A stretch of 64,000 nucleotides of DNA from Minisyncoccota bacterium (lineage in GTDB: Bacteria > Patescibacteriota > Minisyncoccia > UBA6257). The stretch spans positions 180,498 to 244,497 of the forward strand of contig JAQVJR010000001.1 in NCBI GenBank assembly GCA_028695015.1, given 5' to 3'. How positions within the stretch are numbered: position 1 is the stretch's first letter; every line of letters begins with the position of its first letter. The notes beneath the pieces were generated by a model. It was given only the letters and a program-made list of their open reading frames with translations. It did not search any database and had not been told where the DNA came from. Shown here piece after piece: positions 30,429 through 40,219 of this stretch. The position numbers and the translations under genes are program-made.

Positions 30429-31424
30429 TTAAAATTGTTCAAGAAATCTAATATCTGAATTAAAAAACAACCTAATATCATTAATTTTATACTTAATCAT
30501 AGCAATTCTTTCTATTCCTAAGCCAAAAGCAAATCCTTGCCATTGATTATTTTTATAACCTGCTTTTTTAAATAATTCAGGATGCACCATACCTGCTCCC
30601 ATAATTTCTAACCAATCACCATTTTTTAACCTTATATCCACTTCTACTCCTGGAGCTACAAAAGGAAAATAACTAGGTCTAAAACGCACTTCAACTTCTT
30701 GTTGGAAAATATTTTTCATTAATTCATTAATAACTGCTTTAAAATTAGCTAAGGTAATATTTTCTCCAACCATTAATCCTTCTATCTGAAAAAACTGAAT
30801 TTCATGAGAAGCATCAGTGGCCTCATAACGAAAGCACTTTCCAGGTACAATAATACGAAATGGAGGTTGATGTTTTTCCATATAACGCATTTGCATTGGA
30901 CTAGTATGTGTTCTTAATAACAATCTTGATTTTTCTTTTGTGGATTTTGATTTAATCCAAAGCGTATCCCACATTTCTCTTGCTGGATGATCTTCAGGAA
31001 TATTTAAAGCATCAAAATTATAATACTCAGTTTCTATCTCTGGTCCTTCAATAATTGAAAAACCCATTTGTTCAAAGGAAGCAATAATCTCTCTAGCTGT
31101 TAAGGTTAGGGGGTGTAAATGTCCTAAGAATTGTTTTTCCCCTGGCTGGGTAATATCTAAAAAACTATCCTTTTTTTTAAAAATATTCTTTTCTATTTCT
31201 TCTTTTTTATCCTTATACAATGTTATTAATTCCTTATGAACCTTATTAGCTTTCTCTCCTAAATGTTTTTTTTCTTCAGGAGATAATTGAGCTAAAGAAT
31301 TAAAAAATAAAGAAAGGGCGCTTTTCCTCCCTAAATATTGAATCCGCCATTGTTCTAATTCTGATGATTCTTCTATTAAAGAAATACTTTTTTTAGCTTG
31401 TTGCGCTAATTTTTCTAAATCCAT
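30429..31424 (-). CDS. pheS: Phenylalanine--tRNA ligase alpha subunit
   Basis: Class II motifs FRPSYFPFVAPGVEVD and GAGMVHPE...GFAFGLGIERIAM. Confidence 0.9.
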   Translation of the reverse strand: MDLEKLAQQAKKSISLIEESSELEQWRIQYLGRKSALSLFFNSLAQLSPEEKKHLGEKANKVHKELITLYKDKKEEIEKNIFKKKDSFLDITQPGEKQFLGHLHPLTLTAREIIASFEQMGFSIIEGPEIETEYYNFDALNIPEDHPAREMWDTLWIKSKSTKEKSRLLLRTHTSPMQMRYMEKHQPPFRIIVPGKCFRYEATDASHEIQFFQIEGLMVGENITLANFKAVINELMKNIFQQEVEVRFRPSYFPFVAPGVEVDIRLKNGDWLEIMGAGMVHPELFKKAGYKNNQWQGFAFGLGIERIAMIKYKINDIRLFFNSDIRFLEQF

Positions 31425-31555
31425 TTCTTTTCTTATATCTATAAGTTTACGCTAAAATGATGCTTTTTTCAACCCCTAAAAATTAGATAAATTGCGAAAA
31501 TCCCTAAAAAGAGATATACTAATTTTAATTCAATAATATTTCATTTTTATTTATT

Positions 31556-32275
31556 ATGGCTGGACATTCTAAATGGGCAAAAGTAAAATATCAAAAAGCT
31601 ATTAAAGACCCAAAAAGAAGTAAAGCTTTTTCTAAACTATCTGCTTTAATAACGGTTGCTGCTAGAGATAGTGGCGACATTGAGTCAAATCCAAAATTAA
31701 GAATGGCTGTTGATAAAGCTAAGGAAATAGGCATGCCTAAAGAGAATATAGAAAAAGCCATTAAAAGAGGCTCTGGAGAGATAAAAGAAGGAGAAAAATT
31801 AGAAGAAATTATGTGTGAAGCTTATGCTCCTGGAGGTTCAGCCTTATTAATTCAAGCTATTACTAATAATAAAAATCGCACTATTGCCGAGATAAAACAT
31901 ATTTTACAAAAAAATCAGGCTAAAATGGCTGATACCGGAAGTGTCTTATGGTCATTTAAGGAAATGGGAAAAATCATTTTGCCAAAAAAATTCTGGAATG
32001 ATGAAATTTCCTTAGCGGCAATAGAAAAAGGAGCAGAAGAAATCAAGGAAGAAGATAATCAAGTAATTATTTACACTGCTTTTCAAAATTTCTCCCAGAT
32101 GAAAAATTTCCTTTTAGAGCATATAGATGATGAATTTCTTAAAACAGAAATTGATTTTATCAGCCAACAACCAATTGATATTACTGACCCTGAAATAAAA
32201 AACAAATTAGAGCAATTATTTAACGAATTAGATGAACACAATGATGTGGAAGAAATTTACTCTAATATACAATAA
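31556..32275 (+). CDS. yebC: YebC/PmpR family DNA-binding regulatory protein
   Basis: MAGHSKWAKVKYQKAIKDPKRSKAFSKL. Confidence 0.85.
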   Translation: MAGHSKWAKVKYQKAIKDPKRSKAFSKLSALITVAARDSGDIESNPKLRMAVDKAKEIGMPKENIEKAIKRGSGEIKEGEKLEEIMCEAYAPGGSALLIQAITNNKNRTIAEIKHILQKNQAKMADTGSVLWSFKEMGKIILPKKFWNDEISLAAIEKGAEEIKEEDNQVIIYTAFQNFSQMKNFLLEHIDDEFLKTEIDFISQQPIDITDPEIKNKLEQLFNELDEHNDVEEIYSNIQ

Positions 32276-32282
32276 TTAATTT

Positions 32283-32777
32283 ATGATTATCTTAGGCATT
32301 GACCCAGGCACTACTCGTATTGGTTGGGCTGTATTAAAGGCAACTAAAAACAATGTAAAACCAATTGATTATGGCTGTTGGGAAACAACTAAAACAACCC
32401 AGGGTCAAAGATTATTAAAAATATCTAAAAATCTAAATCAAGCTATAAAAAAACACCAACCATCTATAGTGGCTATTGAAAAGGTTTTCTTTTTTAAAAA
32501 CGCTAAAACTGTAATGAGTGTTAGTGAAGCTATTGGTGTTATTATCTTAATTCTTGAAAAACATCATTTACCATATATTGAATTAACCCCATTAGAGATT
32601 AAGCGAAATCTAGTTGGTTATGGCCGAGCAGATAAAAAAGATGTTCAAAAAACTATTCAATGCTTCTTTTCTTTAGAGGTAATGCCTAAGCCTGATGATA
32701 TAGCTGATGCCTTAGCTGTTGCCTTAGCCGGTATTAATAAACTCAATGATTCAAAAACAAAACATAAAAATGACTAA
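32283..32777 (+). CDS. ruvC: Crossover junction endodeoxyribonuclease RuvC
   Basis: MIILGIDPGTTRIGWAVL; yebC-ruvC linkage. Confidence 0.85.
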   Translation: MIILGIDPGTTRIGWAVLKATKNNVKPIDYGCWETTKTTQGQRLLKISKNLNQAIKKHQPSIVAIEKVFFFKNAKTVMSVSEAIGVIILILEKHHLPYIELTPLEIKRNLVGYGRADKKDVQKTIQCFFSLEVMPKPDDIADALAVALAGINKLNDSKTKHKND

Positions 32778-35244
32778 AAAAACTTTTTCCCTTATTGGAT
32801 TAATATTAATCATTGCCTGTGTTTTTGCTGGTTTGTTTGTATTTTTCCTTGCCCAGGGATTACCTGATCCTTCTGCTTTTGATGATCGAGTTGTACCCCA
32901 ATCAACTAAAATCTATGACCGCACAGGAAAGATTTTACTTTATGAAATTCATGGTGGTGAAAAAAGAACTGTAGTTAGCTTAGAAAAAATTTCTCCTTAT
33001 GTTCTTAAAGCTGTTTTAGCAGCTGAAGACCATAATTTTTACAAACACCATGGTTTTTCAATCAAAGGCTTTGCTCGAGCAATGATTCAAAACTTATTAA
33101 ACCCTTCTCAGCTTCGCGGAGGCTCTACAATTACCCAACAATTAGCCCGAAATGCTTTCCTAACTCTTGATAAAACAATGGTTAGAAAGATTCGTGAAGC
33201 GCTTTTAACAATAAAAATTGAAAAAAACTATTCCAAAGATGAAATTATAGAACTCTATCTTAATCAAATAAATTTTGGCCATAATGTTTATGGCATTGAA
33301 TCTGCCAGTAAATTTTATTTTAATAAAGAAGCAGAAAGCCTTACCTTAGCAGAAGCCACTTATTTAATCGCCCTTATCCAATCCCCTAACTACTTATCTC
33401 CTTTTGGTAATCATCTTGAAGATTTAGAATCAAGAAAAGAATGGATCTTATCCAGAATTGAACTTCTAAAATATTATCCTAAAGAAGAAATAGAGAATGC
33501 CCGTGAAGAAAAAGTTGTTTTCAGTCCTTCAGAAAAAGGAGAGTTTTTAGCGCCTCATTTTGTAATGTATGTTCGTGGTTTACTTTATGAAAAATTCAGT
33601 GAGGAAGAATTAGAAAAAGGAGGCTATACCATTATTACTACTTTAGATATGAATCTTCAGAATTTAGCTGAAGATTTAGTAGAAAAATATGGTGATTTTA
33701 ATGAAACACAAGTAGGGGCTAAAAATATGGGCTTTCTTGCTGAAGACCCAAATACTGGTCAGATTTTAGCCATGGTGGGCTCAAGAGATTATTGGGATAT
33801 AGAAGCTGAAGGAAATGTTAATACAACCCTGAGCACTCGTCAACCTGGTTCTTCTTTTAAACCAATTGTTTATGCTACTCTTTTTGAAAAAGGATTTTTA
33901 CCAGAAAATATTGTTTTTGATGTAGCTATTGATGGCCGCACTGCTAATTTCTCTACCAACCCTCAATCACCATATCTAGTTACTAATTATGATAGTAAAA
34001 CTAGAGGCCCAGTAAGTTTACGCACTGCTTTAGCTGAATCCTTAAATATCCCTGCAGTTAAAGTATTGTATTTGGCTGGTGTTCAAAATACTATTGATAG
34101 TGCAAAAAAATTTGGCATTACTACTCTTACTGATTCTCCTCAGCATTATGGGTTAAGTTTGGTTTTAGGTGGTGGTGGTATTAAGTTAACTGAATTAGTC
34201 CATGCTTATTCAGTTTTTAATCAAGATGGAATTTTTCATCCCCAAAGCTCTATTCTTCAAATAAAAGATAGCCATGGAGTGATTATTGAAGAATTTACAC
34301 TAGAACAAAAACAAGTTATCAATCTTCAAACTGCTCGCTTAATCACTGATGTCCTTTCAGATAATAGTGCTCGAGCCCCTACCTTTGGTTGGGATAATCC
34401 ATTACATTTTAATAATTTTCAAGTAGCGGCTAAAACTGGTACTGATTCTGAATATCGTGATGCTTGGACTGTTGGCTACACTACTTCATTAACTGCTGGG
34501 GTTTGGGTTGGTAATAATGATCGGTCAATTGTAAGTCAAATTGGAGCTCCTGGTGCTATGTTAGCTGCTCCTTGTTGGCATGAATTTATGGAAAAGGCAG
34601 TTCAATTTTATCCCCCAGGAACCTTTAATAAACCCTTGCCTTATACTTCTGAAGATATTATTAGATCTTCTACTCCCATGCTTAATGGACAATACATCAG
34701 TTCTCAAGAATACAAAAACATCAACACTGAAGAAACTATCATTAAAAAAGAAGTTCATAATATTCTTTATTATGTAAATAAAAACAATCTTTTAGATTCT
34801 CCCCCTCTTAATCCTTTAGGTGATTCTCAATTTTGGGTCTGGGAAACTCCAGTTCTTTTATGGGCTCAGAGAAATATTCCTAATTTTGATACAGAATATA
34901 ATCAAAACTTAGGACCAGAATACATTCCTCTTAAACCCATTCAAGAAAATGAAGAAATTATTGAATTCCCAGATCTCCCTCAAATAGAATTTATCTCCCC
35001 AGACAATGGTGTTTTTGTTAGTTCAGATTTTAATATTGAAATAGAAATTAATAGTACTGATGGAATTATTGATACTAAAATCTATCTTAATCAAAAACTC
35101 TTAGGTTCTTTAAATAAAATAGAAGAGAATAAATATATCTATAGAATTAACTGGCATGAATTAATTAGTCAAAATGAAATTAAAATTGAAGCCTTTGATA
35201 GCTTCAATCAAAAAGGTACAAATTCTATTATTATCTTTAAATAG
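32770..35244 (+). CDS. Class A penicillin-binding protein (PBP1A: GT51 transglycosylase + transpeptidase) with ~200-aa C-terminal extension (track ORF starts at 32746)
   Basis: TM anchor; GT51 motifs AAEDHNFYKHHGF and GGSTITQQLARN; TP motifs PGSSFKP (SxxK) and KTGTDSEYRDAW (KTG). Confidence 0.85.
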   Translation: MTKKTFSLIGLILIIACVFAGLFVFFLAQGLPDPSAFDDRVVPQSTKIYDRTGKILLYEIHGGEKRTVVSLEKISPYVLKAVLAAEDHNFYKHHGFSIKGFARAMIQNLLNPSQLRGGSTITQQLARNAFLTLDKTMVRKIREALLTIKIEKNYSKDEIIELYLNQINFGHNVYGIESASKFYFNKEAESLTLAEATYLIALIQSPNYLSPFGNHLEDLESRKEWILSRIELLKYYPKEEIENAREEKVVFSPSEKGEFLAPHFVMYVRGLLYEKFSEEELEKGGYTIITTLDMNLQNLAEDLVEKYGDFNETQVGAKNMGFLAEDPNTGQILAMVGSRDYWDIEAEGNVNTTLSTRQPGSSFKPIVYATLFEKGFLPENIVFDVAIDGRTANFSTNPQSPYLVTNYDSKTRGPVSLRTALAESLNIPAVKVLYLAGVQNTIDSAKKFGITTLTDSPQHYGLSLVLGGGGIKLTELVHAYSVFNQDGIFHPQSSILQIKDSHGVIIEEFTLEQKQVINLQTARLITDVLSDNSARAPTFGWDNPLHFNNFQVAAKTGTDSEYRDAWTVGYTTSLTAGVWVGNNDRSIVSQIGAPGAMLAAPCWHEFMEKAVQFYPPGTFNKPLPYTSEDIIRSSTPMLNGQYISSQEYKNINTEETIIKKEVHNILYYVNKNNLLDSPPLNPLGDSQFWVWETPVLLWAQRNIPNFDTEYNQNLGPEYIPLKPIQENEEIIEFPDLPQIEFISPDNGVFVSSDFNIEIEINSTDGIIDTKIYLNQKLLGSLNKIEENKYIYRINWHELISQNEIKIEAFDSFNQKGTNSIIIFK

Positions 35245-35246
35245 AA

Positions 35247-35543
35247 TTATTTAATTTTGTAGAAAATTTTATTAATTTTAATTTCTGGAACTTTTTCCTC
35301 TAAATATTTCCTAAAGTTCAATTCATCTAAACGTAACTCTGATGAAATGACATTTTGAAAACATTGAATAGTTAAACGCCCTTTATCAAAAGAAATGGCC
35401 CGAATTGCATTAGAAGGCCATTTTTTAATATCCCTAAAATATTGATTAGCTAAACTAACTACCTGACGTCCAGAAATAACTGATTTAAATTTATCAGCTT
35501 CTAGCCAAGAATTTAAAATATTTTTAATTGGAATAAAAACCAC
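35247..35543 (-). CDS. Small protein downstream of dnaN, candidate DciA/DUF721-like
   Basis: 98 aa, basic; position immediately 3' of dnaN matches the dnaA-dnaN-(recF)-DUF721 synteny in other phyla; no direct motif confirmation. Confidence 0.3.
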   Translation of the reverse strand: MVFIPIKNILNSWLEADKFKSVISGRQVVSLANQYFRDIKKWPSNAIRAISFDKGRLTIQCFQNVISSELRLDELNFRKYLEEKVPEIKINKIFYKIK

Positions 35544-35547
35544 AGAT

Positions 35548-36684
35548 TTAAATCTTTATTGGCATTAAGATATATACAAAGGTATCATCATCTTTATCTC
35601 TAATTAATCCAGGATTTGATTCTTTATTTAAGCCAATAAAAACTTCTTCATTTTTTACAGCATTTAATCCATCTAATAGAAATCTGTAATTAAAACTAAT
35701 TTCTAAAGCATTCCCTGATATTTCTTTTGGTATTAATACAGTCTGACTCTTGCCTAAAGTTAAATCCTGGGCTTCAAGAATAATTTCTTTTTTATCAGGA
35801 TTAAAACTGAATTTAACATCATTAACCCGACCGCTGAATAAACCTACTATCTTCACTGCTTCAGCTAATTCTTTTTTCTCAAAGACAATTTTATTCTCAA
35901 AATCCTTAGGAATAATTGAAGAATATTTTGGATAATCAGCATTGATTAAACGTGAAATAACTCGAATATTAGAAAAAGAAAATTGAATTTGATTTGATTC
36001 AGGAGTTATCCTGATTAAAGATTCATCACTTTCCATATTTTCTTGAACTAATCTTAAAACTTCTTGAGCTGTTCTTAAAGGAATAATTACTTCAATATCA
36101 TTTTTAATATTTGTTTTTACTTGAGAAGAAGGAAATACTTTTTCTGATAAACGAAAACTATCTGTACCTACTAGTTTTAATGTATTTTTACTTCCTGAGG
36201 TTTCTAATTTAAACAAAACCCCATTTAACTCAGCTTTTGGAGAAGAATAGCTCACACTGGGTAAAATTTGAATTAAAGCTTGTTCAAAATCACTTTTCCC
36301 TATTTCTATATATTTATCTGCTTTTGTTTCTGGAATAATAGGAAATTCTTCAGGATTAAATCCTTGAAAAGTTGTATTGTATTTCCCACTTTTAACAATT
36401 AGATTATTATTCTTTTCTTCTAAGCTTATCTTTTCTTCTGAAAGATTACTCAAGAAATTAGAAAAAGTTTTAGCTGGAATAACAAACTTACCTTCTTTTT
36501 CAGTTTTTCCAGTGATCACTAACTCAATTCCAATTTCCAAATCAGTAGCAAAGACATGAAGTTTATTAGTATTTGTTTTTAAAAGGATATTGCTTAAAAC
36601 AGGAAGAGTTAAATTTTTTCCAGTTATTTTCTCAGCAGAATTAATTGCTTTTTTAATTGTTTCCACCAAAGTAGTAAATTTCAT
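35548..36684 (-). CDS. dnaN: DNA polymerase III beta sliding clamp
   Basis: Three-domain ~378-aa clamp; MKFTTLVETIKKAINSAEKITGKNLTLPVLSNILL. Confidence 0.9.
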   Translation of the reverse strand: MKFTTLVETIKKAINSAEKITGKNLTLPVLSNILLKTNTNKLHVFATDLEIGIELVITGKTEKEGKFVIPAKTFSNFLSNLSEEKISLEEKNNNLIVKSGKYNTTFQGFNPEEFPIIPETKADKYIEIGKSDFEQALIQILPSVSYSSPKAELNGVLFKLETSGSKNTLKLVGTDSFRLSEKVFPSSQVKTNIKNDIEVIIPLRTAQEVLRLVQENMESDESLIRITPESNQIQFSFSNIRVISRLINADYPKYSSIIPKDFENKIVFEKKELAEAVKIVGLFSGRVNDVKFSFNPDKKEIILEAQDLTLGKSQTVLIPKEISGNALEISFNYRFLLDGLNAVKNEEVFIGLNKESNPGLIRDKDDDTFVYILMPIKI

Positions 36685-36952
36685 ATTTTTAATTATTTTA
36701 AATTTTTAATAATAAATTAATATATAATATAAATTATTGTTATAATTAGGGGCTTGTTTTTCTGGGGATAAACCTTTTTAATGTCTTTATTGAGTCTTTT
36801 CTCATGAATTAATATAGGGATAAAATGTTGAAAACTAATGGATATTTTGAGAACAATAAGTGGATTAAAACAGGTGAAAAGGATTTATTAAATTTATACA
36901 ACAAAAGATTCACTTCTAAAACACAATTTATTCACTAATTATCAACAAGGAA
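36685..36952. other. oriC: Putative oriC segment between dnaA and dnaN: AT-rich DUE plus DnaA-box-like 9-mers
   Basis: tggggataa (36761-36769), agggataaa (36814-36822), agtggatta (36857-36865), ttatcaaca (36937-36945) against consensus TTATCCACA/TGTGGATAA; AT-only stretch 36685-36745. Confidence 0.5.
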
Positions 36953-38323
36953 TTATTTGTTATAAATCATCTCTTTTAGGATATTTACTTCCTGAGCAAA
37001 TACTGGATTTTCTTCTATTTCTTTATTAATTTTTTTATAAGCATGAATAATTGTAGTATGATCTCGGTTCCCTATTTTTTCAGCAATATTAGTGTAAGAA
37101 TATTTAAATTCTTCTCTTAAGAGATACATTACAATTTGCCTTGGTTTTACTAGTTCTTTCTTTTTTGAATGTCCTAAAATTTCACTTTCACTTAAGTCAT
37201 AAAAAGAAGCAATCTTTTTTATAACCTCCTTAGGTGGGATATATTGATTAGTTTTATTTAAAATTAAAGATAAGATTTTCTTTACTTCATCAATAGTAAT
37301 CATTCCATTTTTTAATCGGGCATGAACGATAACTCTATTGAGGGCTCCTTCTAATTCTCTAATATTACGAGAAATAGTTTCAGCAATATATTTTAAAACA
37401 TCATCTCCAATTAAATGGCTTACTTCCTGGCTCTTGGCTTTTAAAATAGCTAAACGAGTTTCAAAATCAGGATAACCAATATCAGCAATCATCCCTCCTT
37501 CAAAACGAGACCTCAAACGTTCTTCAATTGAAGGAATGGATTTTGGTGGCCGATCAGAAGTAAAAACAATTTGTTTATTTTTTCCATGCAGATTATTAAA
37601 AGTATGAAAGAGTTCTTCTTGAGTTTTATCTTTCCCAGCAATAAATTGAATATCATCTATTAAAAGTAAGTCTAAATTACGAAAACTTTTTTTAAAATCA
37701 GTCATTTTCTGATTACGAATAGCATTAATAAGCTCATCAGTAAATTTCTCAGAAGAAGCATATTTAATTTTAAGTTTTTTATTTTCTGATTTTAATCGGT
37801 TACCAATGGCCTGTAATAAATGAGTTTTACCTAGCCCAACACCACCATAAATAAATAAAGGATTATATTTACTACCTAGGTTTTCTGTGATTGCTAAAGC
37901 AGCAGCATTAGCCAATTCATTATTAGTACCCACAATGAAATTTTCAAAAGTATATTTAGGATTTAAATTAGTGTCAGGATCAATATTAAATTCTAAGGGT
38001 TCATCCAGGACTGATGTTTTCTTTGATTGGATGGATTGTTTTTTCTTAACCTGACTAATTTTCTTAAGAGCGGTTTTATCTGTAGTTACAATGTATTCGA
38101 TTTGTTTTATTGTGGGCTCTAAGTTATAAAGAGCACCTAAGATTTGTTTATTATATTTATTTTTTAACCACTCTTTTGTAAAATTAGAAGGCACTCCTAA
38201 AAAAACAGTGCTTTCTTTAAAGTCCACAATAAAAGCGTCTTTAAACCAAGTTAAATAATTAGCCTTAGAAATATTTAATTTTATTTCTCCTAAAGCTGAT
38301 TCCCAGAGTTCTTGAAAATTCAT
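36953..38323 (-). CDS. dnaA: Chromosomal replication initiator DnaA
   Basis: AAA+ Walker A GGVGLGKTHLLQAIGN; C-terminal DNA-binding domain; divergent from rpmH. Confidence 0.95.
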   Translation of the reverse strand: MNFQELWESALGEIKLNISKANYLTWFKDAFIVDFKESTVFLGVPSNFTKEWLKNKYNKQILGALYNLEPTIKQIEYIVTTDKTALKKISQVKKKQSIQSKKTSVLDEPLEFNIDPDTNLNPKYTFENFIVGTNNELANAAALAITENLGSKYNPLFIYGGVGLGKTHLLQAIGNRLKSENKKLKIKYASSEKFTDELINAIRNQKMTDFKKSFRNLDLLLIDDIQFIAGKDKTQEELFHTFNNLHGKNKQIVFTSDRPPKSIPSIEERLRSRFEGGMIADIGYPDFETRLAILKAKSQEVSHLIGDDVLKYIAETISRNIRELEGALNRVIVHARLKNGMITIDEVKKILSLILNKTNQYIPPKEVIKKIASFYDLSESEILGHSKKKELVKPRQIVMYLLREEFKYSYTNIAEKIGNRDHTTIIHAYKKINKEIEENPVFAQEVNILKEMIYNK

Positions 38324-38412
38324 AAAATAAATTTAAATAACAATAATAATTAGTAGAAGTTAATATAAGTATAAAACAAATTAATTCTTCTTCCAAATTT
38401 TACAACCGGTTT

Positions 38413-38432
38413 AGTGGATAAAGTGTTGATAA
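38413..38432. promoter_or_regulatory. Two DnaA-box-like sites in the dnaA/rpmH divergent promoter region
   Basis: agtggataa (38413-38421) and tgttgataa (38424-38432), each 1 mismatch from TGTGGATAA. Confidence 0.45.
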
Positions 38433-38521
38433 TTAGTGAATTTGATATTATATAAAGATTTTGTTATGCTGTTTAGTACTGAAGAAATATTCCTAAATAA
38501 ATACAATTTAATTAATTCAAA

Positions 38522-38656
38522 ATGTCTGTTACTTATCAACCTAAAAAGAAAAAAAGAGCCCGAAAGCATGGATTTTTAAAAAGAATGTCCTCTTCTGGTG
38601 GTAAAAGAATTATCACTCATCGACGTAGAAAGAAAAGAAAAAAACTCAGTCCTTAA
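38522..38656 (+). CDS. rpmH: 50S ribosomal protein L34 (44 aa, below the ORF-track cutoff)
   Basis: My translation MSVTYQPKKKKRARKHGFLKRMSSSGGKRIITHRRRKKRKKLSP. Confidence 0.9.
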   Translation: MSVTYQPKKKKRARKHGFLKRMSSSGGKRIITHRRRKKRKKLSP

Positions 38657-38659
38657 AAT

Positions 38660-38692
38660 TGAGCTACTTTTAATAGCTCAAATTTTTTTATA
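38660..38692 (+). terminator. Hairpin gagctac...tagctc followed by a T-run between rpmH and rnpA (partial terminator or attenuator)
   Basis: Inverted repeat plus aaattttttta. Confidence 0.4.
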
Positions 38693-38704
38693 ATAAAATA
38701 ATCA

Positions 38705-39037
38705 ATGTTGCCTAAGAGTAATAGAATTAATTCTTCTATTATTTTCAAAGAAATTTTGCAACGAGGCCAAAGAAAAGAACATCTATATTTTAGAGTTTTG
38801 TTTCTAAAGAACAATCTTAAAAAATCTCGTTTTGCAGTTATTGTTAGTTCAAAAAATTATCGTTTGGCAGTAAAAAGAAATTTAATAAAAAGAAGAGTAA
38901 AAAATATTTTAAGAGAATTAATAAACTCTCTTCCCAAAGGTTTTGATGTTCTTATTTTCATTAAAAAAGATTGCCTTAATATAAGTTTCCAAGAGTTACA
39001 AACTCAGTTAAAAGAACTTTTACTAAGAATATTATAA
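38705..39037 (+). CDS. rnpA: Ribonuclease P protein component
   Basis: Basic 110-aa protein in the rpmH-rnpA position; RnpA-like region FAVIVSSKNYRLAVKRNLIKRRVKNILRE. Confidence 0.85.
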   Translation: MLPKSNRINSSIIFKEILQRGQRKEHLYFRVLFLKNNLKKSRFAVIVSSKNYRLAVKRNLIKRRVKNILRELINSLPKGFDVLIFIKKDCLNISFQELQTQLKELLLRIL

Positions 39038-39040
39038 AAA

Positions 39041-39721
39041 ATGATTCAATTATTAATTTATCAACCTCTGTACAATATTTTAACTGTTTTCCTAAATATC
39101 TTTCAGGGCGAATTAGGATGGGCGATTTTAGTTTTAGCAGCTTTAATTCGTTTTATTATTTGGCCTTGGCATCAAAAAGCAATGGATAATCAAAAAAAAA
39201 TATCTCAATTACAGCCAAAAGTCAAAGATATTCAGAATAAATACAAGCAAGATCCAGTAAAAGCCAATCAAGAAGTGATGAAGATATTTCAGGAAGAAAA
39301 CGTTAGCTTAGGAGGGGCTTATATTTTTTTGATCACTCAGCTCTTTATCTTTTTAAGTTTATTTGCATTTTTTAACCAAGCCATTAATAGTGATTGGTCC
39401 TCATTTCTTTATCCATTTATTAAGTTAAATACGGAAATAAACTATTTATTTCTAGGATTAATTGATTTAAAAATGCCTAGTTTAATTTTAGCTATTGTAT
39501 CTGCTTCTTTAAATTCAACCTTAGCTTTTTCTCAATCTTCAGTTGGGCAAAACAAAACGATGATGCTTCTTTTGCCTTTTATTATCTTGCTTTTTTATCA
39601 AAAATTCTCTGCAGTTGTTATTCTTTATTGGATAGGTTTTAGCTTAGTTAATATTTCACAAGAGTTTTTTATGAAATCCAGGAAAAAACAAGACATTGCT
39701 ACAAGTAATAATAAAATCTAA
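39041..39721 (+). CDS. yidC: Membrane protein insertase YidC (short form)
   Basis: Multi-TM 226-aa protein in the rnpA-yidC-jag context. Confidence 0.75.
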   Translation: MIQLLIYQPLYNILTVFLNIFQGELGWAILVLAALIRFIIWPWHQKAMDNQKKISQLQPKVKDIQNKYKQDPVKANQEVMKIFQEENVSLGGAYIFLITQLFIFLSLFAFFNQAINSDWSSFLYPFIKLNTEINYLFLGLIDLKMPSLILAIVSASLNSTLAFSQSSVGQNKTMMLLLPFIILLFYQKFSAVVILYWIGFSLVNISQEFFMKSRKKQDIATSNNKI

Positions 39722-39737
39722 TAAAGTTTTTATTTAA

Positions 39738-40211
39738 ATGAAAACAATAGAAATTAAACAATTTTTAGAAAATATTTTATCTATTATTGGGTTTTCAGAT
39801 TTTGAAATTAATATTCAAGAAAATCCTCAAGATAATTTAATACAAGTTTTTTTAAAAACTGATTCTCGAATTGATGACAGTGGTTTATTAATAGGTAGAG
39901 ATGGAGAGAATTTACAAGTTTTTGAATATCTTTTAAACATGTTTGTAAGAAAAAACGCCACAGAGATACAATGGCGTATTATTTTAGATATTAATAATTA
40001 TCGGGCAATTCAAGAAGAGAAATTAAGAGAATTTGCTAGGAAAATAGCTCATCAAGTAGCTTTAACTAATCAGATAATGGAATTACCTCCAATGAGAGCT
40101 CGAGACAGGAGAATTATTCATTTAGAAATTGCTTTAAGGAGTGATGTTATCACTGAAAGCATTGGTGAAAACAAAGAAAGACATATTGTAATTAGGCCTC
40201 AAGATAAATAA
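39738..40211 (+). CDS. jag: Jag/KhpB-like RNA-binding protein (KH + R3H)
   Basis: Position after yidC; R3H-like C-terminus RDRRIIHLEIAL. Confidence 0.7.
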   Translation: MKTIEIKQFLENILSIIGFSDFEINIQENPQDNLIQVFLKTDSRIDDSGLLIGRDGENLQVFEYLLNMFVRKNATEIQWRIILDINNYRAIQEEKLREFARKIAHQVALTNQIMELPPMRARDRRIIHLEIALRSDVITESIGENKERHIVIRPQDK

Positions 40212-40219
40212 TTTTTTTA

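Noticed and set aside
34561-36559. ORFs 34561..34758 (-), 34580..34777 (+), 35750..35935 (+), 36377..36559 (+)
   Set aside because: Inside PBP1A and dnaN, whose reading frames are confirmed by conserved motifs.
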